Positions 1 to 11,783 of a stretch of DNA of 64,000 bases are shown here, piece by piece. Origin of the DNA: Eledone cirrhosa. Taxonomy: Eukaryota. The notes beneath the pieces are model-generated. The model saw nothing but the letters and a program-made list of their open reading frames with translations. It did not search any database and was not told the DNA's origin. A program made the position numbers and the translations under genes. The DNA lies in the NCBI GenBank assembly GCA_964016885.1, contig OZ024747.1, forward strand, positions 44,392,001 through 44,456,000. The letters are read 5' to 3'. Position 1 is the first letter of the stretch, and each line of letters begins with the position of its first letter.

Positions 1-572
1 CCTACATACTCACTCACACACACACACATACACACTATTCAACTTATTTTTATTACTATGATAAGTAACATTTAACTTTAGTAAGACATTCTTGAAAATT
101 ACAAAATAACACTATGACTGCATCAAATTAACTATCGAAGTCTTTAATAAGTCCACTAGTAAAGAAAGTATAAATATTAGAATTATCAAATCTGCTTTTA
201 TTTTTTGTTAATTTTTTAATTGATATTTTCTGTTAAGCCTACAACTATTCTCTGCAGTCCTATATCTAATTACTGATTTCATAATTGGTAGAATCATGGC
301 TAAAATTTTAATATATTTATTTCATAAATAGGATTTGATGATTTTGGTCAAAGTTTCTGAAATAATTTCTTCAAATATAGTCCAAAGAAATATGATTTTG
401 TCACCACTGCCAAAAAAAAAAAAAAAAAAAAAAAAAGTGATTACGATTGAAAAAAAAAATGTTGTAATAGCAGAGATATACACACGGTGGTGTCCGAGCA
501 TGCTCCATGGGATGGAAAAGGTAAAATAGTAAAAGTGTAAAATGAACATATTCATAAAACAGTAAATAAATG

Positions 573-777
573 AATAATAATAATAATAATTGTTTCTACT
601 TTTGGCACAAGGCCAGCAATTACCCAGTGCATTACTGGTACTTTATTTTATCAACCCCGTAAGGATGAAAGGCAAAGTTAACCTCGGCGGGATTTGAACT
701 CAGAATGACAAGGGCCGAAACTCTATGCGTCATAGCATGGCGTTCGACCCTCTACCAATACTGCCAATTCACCACCC
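573..777 (-). mobile_element. tRNA-derived SINE with Meta/MESC-type central domain and (TTA)n tail
   Basis: Minus strand: tRNA-like head GGTGGTGAATTGGCAG, B-box GAGTTCAAATCCC (689-703), core GCCTTTCATCCTTACGGGGTTGATAAAATAAAGTACCAG, (TTA)n tail. Many copies in this window. Confidence 0.8.
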
Positions 778-778
778 T

Positions 779-811
<33 letters not shown>

Positions 812-1292
812 TTTAATTCAGGCACAAAGCCAGCAATTTCTGGAAGGAGGGATATGTTATATTGACCTATAAATTTGATTCTGACAATTCTTCTCATTTT
901 TAATCAATAGAAAGTCTTAGGTAAGCATCATTATTGCTGTTTAGTGTCTATTTCCATTGATTGCACAGGTTAGACAGGTTGTCATGTATTGCGGTTAGAC
1001 TGACCATATGCTTCCATCTTGCTTGTATGTTCTATTAAGAGCTTCATTTCTATGACTGGATGCTCTTCCTAATACCAACCACTTTACAGCGTGTACTGGG
1101 AGCATTGTACCATGGCTTCAGAACTACCTCCTTACAGGGTGTACTGGGTGCTTTTTGTCATGGTGTACCAGCCCTACCACAATACAGGGAAGACTGGATG
1201 CTTTTTGTCATTATACCAGTACTGTCACTTTACAGAGTGAACTGGAAGCATTTTATCACAACTCTGACACTACCACCTTACAGGGCAAAATA

Positions 1293-1698
1293 TAATAATT
1301 GTTTCTACTTTTGGCACAAGGCCAGCAATTACCCAGTGCATTACTGGTACTTTAGTTTATTGACCCCATAAGGATGAAAGGTAAAGTTAACCTCGACGGG
1401 ATTTGAACTCAGACCGTAAAGGGACGTAACTATGCTAGAAAGTATGGTGTCCAACCCTCTACAGATACTGCCAATTCACCTTATAATAATTGTTTCTACT
1501 TTAGACATAAGGCCAACAATTTGGTAGGAGGGAGAAAATTGATTACATCAACCCAAGTACATGACTGGTACTTTATTTTATTAACCCTGGAAGGATGAAA
1601 GGTAAAGTTGACCTCAGCAGGATTTTAACCCAAAACATAAAGAGCCAGAACAAATACCATGTAACATTTCTTCCAAATTCTAATGACTAACAATCCAC
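1293..1698 (-). mobile_element. Two tandem Meta/MESC-type SINE copies
   Basis: Same core and B-box as 573-777, at about 1293-1480 and (more diverged) 1485-1698. Confidence 0.75.
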
Positions 1699-2116
1699 CA
1701 AGAAGTTTTAATAGAACCATATACTGTGATGTATCTGATAGTTTTAACAGCAGGAGTTTATAACAATAGCCACAAAAGTGTTGGAAATTTATTAACTACC
1801 AAATTTAATCATTTTATACTCAAATATTATTAATTCTAATTATTAAAAAACAAATATGTTCTATCTCTTTGCTGATGTAATTTCTTCTCATTGGAAGACA
1901 TGTTTATAAGATTACCAAATGCGTAACTCCAGAAATAAGGACTACAATGGAATGGAAAACAACATTTCCAAAACTATATACCTTAAAAGTTTCAGAAAAA
2001 AGAAGGTAGAGGATTAGATAATGAATTTTCTCTTACTACCACTATGTTATATTTTGAAAGACGAACTGATTTTTATGGACTGGCAATTATAGTTAATAAA
2101 ATATTCATATGCATGC

Positions 2117-2192
<76 letters not shown>

Positions 2193-2206
2193 TTTTATCT
2201 GATGAT

Positions 2207-2280
2207 TATTTTATCTGATGGACAGGCTAGACATTTCTGTAAGAATCGTCTAGTTTCTTGAAACCTTTGGTCATGGAATA
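2207..2280 (+). ncRNA. Type I hammerhead ribozyme (core variant lacking A9)
   Basis: Stem I TATTTTAT(2207-14)/ATGGAATA(2273-80, two G-U). Core CTGATG(G). Stem II AGGCTAGAC/GTCTAGTTT. GAAA at 2260. Stem III ACC-TTT-GGT. GUC cleavage triplet 2270-72. An immediately upstream duplicate TATTTTATCTGATGA (2191-2205) keeps the full core. Directly follows a (TA)n tract. Confidence 0.7.
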
Positions 2281-2535
2281 ATTATATTGTATTAGTTTAT
2301 TATGTAATTAAAAAGCTCTGTACAATACATAGAGAACTCTTCTTTTACCTTTTCTACGGAAATACTTAACAACACACACACATATATATATACACACACA
2401 TCCAGCTATAAAATACTTGGCCAAATTTATAGTCCTCACCAGAGCAAGACTTGCTTCCCAGCATGGACGATCTGCCTAACCCATGCAAGCATGGAAGAAT
2501 TGGGGCTAAATGGAAATGATGATGATGATGAATGA

Positions 2536-2576
<41 letters not shown>

Positions 2577-4689
2577 CATGCTAGCGTGGAAGATGGACGT
2601 TAAACAATGATGATGATGATATATATATATACTTAATGAATTAATGTGCATTCTGTTTTCATTTGGGTTGGTATCTTAAAGATACTAGCTCAATTAAAAC
2701 AGAGTGAGTGGGAAGGCAATCGAAAATGTTTCAGTCATATCCGATGGCTTAGTTTCAGTATTATATATATATATAAGTAATTATTGATGTAAACAAAACA
2801 TAAAGTAATACCTTTTTATGTTTTATATTATTAAGAACACCTGCATATTTCTATATAATATGAAATACTTATAAAAGAATATACAAAACATCGTTGAAAT
2901 ATAACCTTCTGAAATGTTAATATTAATTTGTAATATTTATTTGATATCAGTAAAATATTCATACATTTTATGGATATCAAGAAAATATTTTTTAAATTTT
3001 TTTTTTACAAAGAATTGCCTCTAGTGGAAATAAATATGAAAATACTTTCTAAGATTGGAATCTAAAAGCTTAAATATTATTTTTGTTTGCAATATTGCCT
3101 AAAAGGAGAAATCCCACAGTTCTGAAAAACTGAAGCACTATATAAAATGTCATGCAAACTTGATATGAAATAAGAGAAATTCTCAATGAAAATATTTAGT
3201 ATATATATAAATAAAGTGTACAACAGTGTGATAATAGCATGGACTTTACCTATAGAAAATTCTTTTGAGATTATGCGTATATTTTAAGAACTTTGATATA
3301 AATAAATAAAAGATAAATTCTTCAATCTCTTCTTAGTCTAACAATTATTATTTACACCAGTATGAGCTTATATACTTATTTCTGAACAAATTCTATTACA
3401 TTTAAGAACTAAAATAGAAGTAAATCTAAACTAATTAGATTGTTAGATCACTAATATTAAAGGGAATCTGCTAGAGTTTTTTGTTTTTAAAATGAGGATA
3501 AATGAAATTATTAGATAAACGTATTCATTGAATAAAGTTATCACATCTTCAACCATAATTTCATCCTTCCCCCAAGAAGAGTGACCTTCGTTATATACAT
3601 ATATGTAGTTGATAAACATATTACTTCTTCAATGATATTTCAATAAGATTGTGATCATATTTACAGTTACTTCATTGTGATGATCACTGCTCTCTTCCTT
3701 CTGATATTTTGCTTTGTTTCTTTTGAGAATACCTTTTTTTTTTTTCATCTGACAGCCTTGTTTTAGCATTATTCAGCTTTCTAAGGAATAATCTATAATG
3801 ACTGAAACTTAAAATCCCATATCAACTAAGGGAATTTAATACTCGACAGTCTTTGAAACACCAGGACAGGATTTCTTAGTGAATATATTTTATCAAATAT
3901 CTATTTGAAAATGATGAAATATTTATTTCCTGCATCATGTATTGATAAAATAATTTGTGTAAACAACTGGTTGGCTTAAGAAGCATTGATAAAATTTAGG
4001 ATGTATGCATCCCAATGCAAATAACCATAATAATAATCAATCACTATAAATAAGTACATAGATTAACCATTTTGTTACAATAATTCTAACGAGAGAGACT
4101 GCCTATGGTTTTCAAATAGTTTTTAAAATAATCTAGAATTTAGAGATTTAATTGGCTGGTGTTTGGAACTTAACAAAGGTTTTTGCATAAAATAATGATG
4201 GAAGGTTTTTAAATAAATATAAATACTTTAAAATGAATATTTTGTACCACAGAGCCAGGGGTGGTTTCAGGTTGTTTGGTACCAAAAGGGATTTGCCTTT
4301 TTTCAGTCTATTAAATGCTTCACTAAATTGAAAAGAATTAGAATCTTACCACATTAACAAACTCCATCATTCTTTAAAAAATGAATGACTGAATAAATAA
4401 AAGAACTTTTAAAGAATGATGACTACATAAAAAATAGAAAGAGTGGTGTTAGCAAAGAAGAGAAGACACAATAGATTAGTGTTTAATATATATGAAATAA
4501 TTATGATCAACATAAGGGGGTAAAGTATAGAAATCACAATAGGTGCTGTTATGATGTTTGAATGTATCAGTCAAGCTAGACAGCTGAAGATCAACAGGAA
4601 AGGCATTTTAATAGCTTGGCTTATAGCAGGAGGAAGATCTGTCATTGTATCACTTAATATGAAAATTGATGTTATGTTCTGGTTCATGA

Positions 4690-4920
4690 TCTTGGTGATG
4701 GTGGTAGTGATGGCTTTGGTGGCAGAGGAACAGTGATGGCAATGGAAGTGCTGATGGTAGTGGTGGTGGTGATGATGATGGTGATGGTGACTGTGGAAGC
4801 AATGGTGGTGGAGGCTGTGGTAGAAGCAGCAGCAATGGTGGTGATAGTGTAGGTGGTGGTGATGTTTACAATTATTGCTGTTGTTGTGGTTATGAAGTGT
4901 GTAATGGTAATGGTTTGCAA
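4690..4920. repeat. Degenerate (GGT/GAT)n low-complexity tract
   Basis: Visible trinucleotide periodicity. Confidence 0.85.
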
Positions 4921-5324
4921 CTAAAAATAAATTTTGCTTAAAGCAAATTGTTATGAAAACTGACAGCTGAAAAAAAATTTATAAAAACAAATTATGACAT
5001 GAACCTGGCTGATTGTTGAAAATGACAACTGCTTTTGTTAAAAGATAATTTGTACTAAAAGAATACAAACTTTTAAAAGAATATTCAATGAAAGCTCTTG
5101 TAATACAAGTTCAATGAATAAATGAAATTTTTAGATAAATTACAGATAATTTTCTCAATATAAATAATCACATATGAAACTATTCACACACTTATTTTAA
5201 ATCAGTAATTTTCTCAGCAAAAGAATGATCATTACACAAATAACGAACTTTAATAAAATTAAAGAATTAAAATTAACTCTTGAAATTATAGTGGTAGTAC
5301 CTTTTAAAAAGAAACTTGTCTTAA

Positions 5325-5826
5325 AAGAAGAAAGGAAGAGGGGAGAGGGAGGAGAGAGAGAGGGGGGGGGAGGGAGGGAGGAAGGAAGGGAAAAAAGTGA
5401 GGTGAAAACGGGGAAATGAAAGAGTGAGAGAAAGAAGAGGAAAAGTGAGGTGGAAAAGAGAGAAAGAGAAAGAGAGAGAGAGAGGGGGGTGAGGGAGAGA
5501 AGGAAGAGAGAGAGAGTGAGGAGGAGAGAAAGAGTGAGAGGAGGAAAGAGAGAAAGAGAGAAAGAGAGAAAGAGAGAAAGAGAGAAAGAGAGAAAGAGAG
5601 AGAGAGGTAGGGGGAAGGAATGAGGGAGAGGAGGAAGAGAGAGAGAGTGAGGAGAAGAGAAAGCGTGAGAGAGTGAGGAGGAGAAGAGAAAGAGTGAGAG
5701 GGAGAGGAATGAGGGAGAGGAATGAGGGAGGGGAAGGAGGGAGAGGAATGAGGGAGGGGAAGGAGGGAGAGGAATGAGGGAGGGGAAGGAGGGAGAGTGT
5801 GAGGCAGAGGAATGGGGGAGGGGGAG
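5325..5826. repeat. Polypurine (GA/GGA-rich) tract
   Basis: About 500 nt almost entirely A/G, with AAAGAGAG and GGAGAGGAATGAGG sub-repeats. Confidence 0.9.
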
Positions 5827-6473
5827 TGTGTCTGTGCAAATGTGTACATGTATAGATGTCTGCACATAATTTCTTTTAAAGTGGGAGAAATGGTGCGCAT
5901 GGATGGGCAGTCTTGCTTAGGCCTGAGGGACACTAATGTGCATGAATGCATGCACAAACACATAGATATACATAGGTTGCTATGTGCAGACACCGTATAT
6001 ATGTATGCGTGCATATATGTGTATATGCATCTATATATATATATATGTGTGTGTGTATGTGTGTATGTGTGTGTATATATTGACAAGTATGTATATAGTT
6101 ATGTAGATGGTGTGGGTAAGAGTAAAAGTTTAGGAGTCTTTCTCTCAACCTAATTCAAGAATCTACGAAAGGAAATAAGAACTGGAATACGGAAATCATA
6201 AAAACTTCAAATAATCTAATAAAAATGTTTGTGAAGCACCAAAAGGTATTTCAGTTTTAATGTAGAACTAAAAACACCATCTCAGCACACTGAATAGCTG
6301 AATAAGTTAAATGAATATGATTAGTTTTGGAAGTTGAATGACAGTATTTCCTATCAATGAATGGAACAAATCAAACATATGCCTAAATATTATAGTGAGC
6401 AAAGTGAACGTTTAGTGCAGTTAACCAACTGCTATGAATGAAATCTGAGAATGAAAATTCAAACAAGATTAAT

Positions 6474-7103
6474 CATTTTGTTACCCTGTCACCATATCTC
6501 TAAAGATAAACACTGCCTGGAATTTTCAAATAATTTTGAAAATAATCAAGAATTTAGAAGGACTTAGAAATGTAACTAACATTCTCATTATTAACCCTTT
6601 AGTGTTCAAACCGGCCAACATTCTCTACCTCTTTCTGTTGAAACTGGCTGTAACTGGTCGCTCAAACTGATGTTAAGGTATTGTTCTCAAAATAAATACT
6701 TTCAAAATCTCATAGATTCGATATTATGTGAGATAATTATGCGAGGTAAAGCCTTTACTATGAACATATAATAGTATATATAATGTGAATACTAAAGGGT
6801 TAAGATAGTGTTTGGAACATAACTTATGAAAGGTTTTTACATAGAATTATGAGTGAAGGATTTTAGATAAATATGAACACTTTAGCCCTTTTGCCATCAT
6901 ATTTCTTATGAAAGACACTACCAAAGATGTCCAGATGTGGAGAGATTTAGAAATATAACTAACTTTCTTATTATTAAGCTGGTGTTTGGAGCATAACATA
7001 AGCAAGGTTTTAAAATAAGATTGTGAAAGATTTTGAAATAATATAAACAATTTAAAATAAAGTGATTTCTAATGTAGAATCAGATGGTTTGGTGTCAAAA
7101 GGG
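6474..7103. mobile_element. piggyBac-like MITE (family A) containing a nested MITE
   Basis: Begins TTAA-TCATTTTGTTACC and ends GGTGTCAAAAGGG-TTAA. Internal sequence (aataatcaagaattt...ggtgtttggaacataactt...aggttttagataaatat) is shared with copies at about 4065-4290, 10222-10460, 14029-14257, 16252-16718, 34875-35132, 37101-37354, 38280-38859 and 62286-62511. Confidence 0.6.
6595..6799. mobile_element. piggyBac-like MITE with TTAA target-site duplication
   Basis: TIRs CCCTTTAGTGTTCA / TGAATACTAAAGGG flanked by TTAA at 6591-94 and 6800-03. CCC-starting TIRs with TTAA are the piggyBac hallmark. Confidence 0.75.
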
Positions 7104-7986
7104 TTAATCATTTTGGTGAAATATTTGTAAATTTGTAATATGATAGATATGGTACAGTGAGTGTGTGTGTGTGTGTTGGACCATTGTTAGTTCTAACAAC
7201 GGGTGTTACAGATGTTCAAAGAATGCAACAGCCTACTTGTGAAATTAACACATAAGTCGCTGCTCATTCTATAGACACATGCACCCTTAATGTATTTCTC
7301 AGTAAGATTCAGCACTATGTTACAAGTTTTGCCAGCTGAGTAGACTGAAACAATGGAAAATGAAATATTCTTGCTCAAGGACACGATGCACTGCTATGCC
7401 AGCAATCAAACTTATGACCTTACAGTTGTAAGCTGAACACCCTAGCCACTAAGCCATGCACATTTGCAGTCCCTTCTCAGCTAAATGGATATTCAGGTTT
7501 GTGGGATATACTTCTTATAAACGAGCTGAATGCTAACTCATTTGTTATTCACGTGCACATTAATAATGTGTGCCAAAAATGTTGTGTATAAACATTAATA
7601 AAGTGTGCTAAAGATATGAATAATATTCATCTATTATGTTTAAATAAATTACATTATCATAGAGAAGAATGTTGCATCTGTGCTACGGTCTCCCTTGGAG
7701 GTTGGCGAGAAAATAATTACTTCAATGACATTTATCAATATCTCAATTTTGTAATTAGTCAATTATTTACTGTTTCAGTAGGAACAAAAATGATCTATGA
7801 ATGGAAAGAAGTGTGTTGTCATGGAGAAAAGATAAACAGCAAAACAAACAAAAAAAAGAATTTCAAGCTTCTTATAAGTAATGACTAAATTAATTAAACT
7901 AATTAATATAGGTGTATTTTCTATGAAATAATAAAGACACCATTTCCAAACATGCAAATAGCCATATAAAATTAAAATATAAAGAG

Positions 7987-7989
<3 letters not shown>

Positions 7990-8047
<58 letters not shown>

Positions 8048-8088
8048 ATACAAAATTAAATTCAAATCTTCTTAGTATCTTAATTGAC

Positions 8089-8120
<32 letters not shown>

Positions 8121-8142
8121 CTTGTTCCTGTACATGGTGCAT

Positions 8143-8239
<97 letters not shown>

Positions 8240-8240
8240 T
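7990..8240. repeat. (TA)n, (TC)n and long (TG)n microsatellites
   Basis: Direct reading. Confidence 0.95.
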
Positions 8241-10528
8241 GTGTGCACGTACACGTGTGTGTTTCTTGTGATACTATATTCTGCAAACATGCCTTCCTTA
8301 AAATATAATTCAAACTAGAAACCTCAGATACTTTCATCTAGAGTACATATGTTAGTAACCTATATATATACTGGTAACTATTAATATATGTTTTAAAAAA
8401 ATGTCTTAATCTTTGCTTTCATAACACAACCTGGGGAGGTTTTTCTTTTTCTTTTTTATGAAACATGGAACTTTAGAAATATGGAAAAATAGAGTGGGAA
8501 GTTTTGGCATTAAACCTTTCACTATGACACTATCATTGTGAAACCATACCAAGCAGGAAACCATATCAGAGATACAAACTGCAGTGAAATTATAGTCATA
8601 TTATGCTCCTTTTACATTGGGATAAAATATATGAAAGTCGTACATACATTAATCCATCCGTTTTAGATAATAATTCTAACATGAATTGGCTATCTATTTC
8701 TTTGTATTGAATTTTGTTTTAATAATCAAGAATTTAGAAGACATTTGAGTAAAATAACAAACATTTTTATTTGATTTTGACATTAAGCTGGTGTTTAGAA
8801 AACTACTTAAGAAGTTTTTACATAAAACTATAAAACTCAGGTGTAATATTTATCTTATTTCATCATACATGTAGCAATTGTATTACAATTTAAACATGAT
8901 CACTTTAATATGATCAGTTTTCCAGCAAGTTGGTAACATGAAACCAGGCTGATATTGGGCAGACTGGAACTGAGAGTTGAATGCAACAGTAAAACAACAA
9001 TGACTGCTTTGCATTTGATCACTAATATATGTCAGCTAAAGGAAGATATTTATTCAGACAAACTACAGGTAGCACTTCAGTCATCTTAATGAAGTGGAAA
9101 CAGTCATTTTTTTTTCTATAAACCCCACTGGAAATAGAACAAACAGAAAAAGAATAGTTCATAGTAACAAAGAACAACCCTATAATTTTTCAAATCATGT
9201 TTGTTCAAAACATTTCCTTTACTTTTTCTTACTTTCAAAATGTCTGTTATCAGAATCTTCTCATCACAATGCCTCAGACTATTTATTAGATTCCAATTAC
9301 TTCAGTACTTTATTCTTGTGTCATTTCTATGTCTTGATTGGTCAGCTGGCTATTATGATAGATAAGGTTTTCTCTACTTGCTCCCAACACTAGAGGGCAC
9401 CAGTGATGAGATAAAATGAGAGTTCTTCAGTTGAAACACCAACAGACATATCAAATCAGTCAACCATTGTAGCTTTATTTCCCATCATATTTCATTAAAA
9501 AGCAGGTTGCTCTAGGATTCACAACCACCATAATATACATAGCATTGGGATAAAAAATAATACCTGTGATAGAATGACAAGAGAAATATGTCAAAGTAGA
9601 AAAAAATAAGATTTTCAACAGCTGCATATAACAAAGTAAAGGGAGAGTAGTATCACAGAACAACAAACTAAATTAGTCATTTAGATAAGATGTAGCTACC
9701 CAATTTTAAAATGTTATGCAGAGACTATAGTAGATCTTTGTTTGAAAATTAAGGATAATACTCTAGATAATAATAATTGTGTTCAGTCCAGAATAAACTA
9801 GTATGTTATTAGGACAGCTTTTATAGTTATCTTCTATTTTATCAGCAAATCACGGATTCTCTCCCATTTTATATAGCACTACTCATCCCTTCAGTTGAGA
9901 TGTGATAATAAGGACAACATTCAAAAGATGGCAATTTTAAGGCAATTAACACTAGAAATGACAGAGCAACTTCTGTTCAACTGTCTTCTGGATGAAGCTC
10001 GCTATAAACAGACAAGCTGTGCCTAATGTAAGTATGTAAAGTGTATGGTTCACTGATTAGTAATTGTTCTTGTTGTTCTTTAGCCCCAAGTAAGACCTGA
10101 TTGAGCAGATTTATGATGGAAAATGTTCCAGTCAGAGTAATCATGTATTTTTGTATATTTAGTGTTATATTGTCTGATATGACCTATTTTTTAAATTTCA
10201 TGATAGACACCCTACTGTCTTAATCCTTCTATTGCCATATTTCTAATAAAGGGCACTGGAAATAATCAAAATTTTGGAGCAATTTAGTAACAGAACTAAC
10301 TTTCACATTATTAAGCATAACTTAACAAAGGAGCACAACATAAAGGTTCTTATATAAAATTATGATGGAATGCTTTTAGATAAATATAAGCACTTTAAAA
10401 AATGAACAGCATTGTATTATAAAACCAGGAGTGGTCTTGGGCAGTTTGGTATAAAAAGTGTTAAAAAGAAAGGCCTGTTTTAGGAAGATTTGGTCCCTAT
10501 TTCTATCAGGTTGAGTGACAATGCAGAG

Positions 10529-10825
10529 CCGTGGTTCTTAACTTGGGGTGCCAGCACCCCTCTACTGATGCAAGATTCAGTTCTTAAGGGGTGCAGAAAA
10601 GAAGTAAGAACAGAACTCACATTAAAAATAAAATATTTTGATGGGCTATTTTCTGTTTGTATTTATTAATCATAATAATTAATTAATTAAATAGTAGCAA
10701 CTAAGTAGTTGATAATTTGACCAGAAAATTCAAATTCTTTTATCTTATGCGATAGGCCTAGTGGTGTGGGATGGAATTTCAAAATCTTAAGGGTTGCTAC
10801 AATAGAAAAAGGTTAAGAACCACTG
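10529..10825. mobile_element. hAT (Charlie-like) MITE
   Basis: TIRs CCGTGGTTCTTAAC / GTTAAGAACCACTG. 8-bp TSD ATGCAGAG (10521-28) / ATGTAGAG (10826-33). Confidence 0.8.
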
Positions 10826-11165
10826 ATGTAGAGGCTCCTTTGTTGGGGTGGTTAGTAATTTTTCATCAACAAAGACAAAAAGTGTAATTAAATGTAGATT
10901 TTGTTAGCTGAGATTCTGTTTTCATACAAGCATTTGCCATTCCCAATTACATATTGTATTCCATATTTTTTCAAATATCTACAAATGTTTAGAAAGAGAT
11001 GAACTGCTTTCAATATATCTAAAGACACTAATAAAATTTATCTTACACCATACATAACAGAATTTATAATCTGTTATGCAGTGATTTTATCATATTTGAT
11101 ATAGCCAGCATTTAATTAATATTGCTTTGAATTTAATAAATGATGTAGATACAGAGCAAAAGTCA

Positions 11166-11783
11166 TAATTATTTCTAATTTAGGCACAAGGCCAGTAATT
11201 TGTGAGGGAAGGGCAGGTCGATTATATCGACCCTAGTACCTTAATGGCACTTTATTTCATCAAACTTAGAAGGATGAAAGGGAAACTTGACCTTGGCAAG
11301 ATTTCAACTCTGCAAAGCATTTTGTCCTACATTCCTAGCAATTCTACCAATCCACCACCTTCTGAGTATAAGTAATAATTGTTTCTACTTTTGGCACAAG
11401 GCCAGCAATTCACCAGTACATTACTGGTACTTTATTTTATTGACCCTGTAAGGATGAAAGGCAAAGTTAACCTCGGCGGGATTTGAACTCAGATCGTAAA
11501 GGGACGTAACTATGCTGGAAAGCATGTCTGACCCTCTACCAATACTGTCAATTCACCGAGTATAAGTAATAATGGTTTCTGATTTAGGCACAAGGCCAGC
11601 AATTTTAGGTACGGGAAAAGTTGATTAAATCGAGCCCAGTGCATTACTGGTGTTTTATTTCATAAACCCCCTTAAAGATGAAGGCAAAACTAACCTTGGC
11701 AGGATTTGAACTCAGATCGTAAAGGGCCGTAACTCTATGCCACAAAACATAGTCTGATTCTCTATAAATACTGCCAATCCACC
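11166..11783 (-). mobile_element. Three tandem Meta/MESC-type SINE copies
   Basis: Three repeats of ggcacaaggccagc...aggatgaaagg...gatttgaactc...ccaatccacc at about 11166-11359, 11374-11557 and 11567-11783. Confidence 0.8.

Noticed and set aside
4551-6153. Long ORFs rich in S/L/P/F or T/H/Y/I
   Set aside because: Translations of GGT, GA and TA/TG low-complexity tracts; no domain signal.
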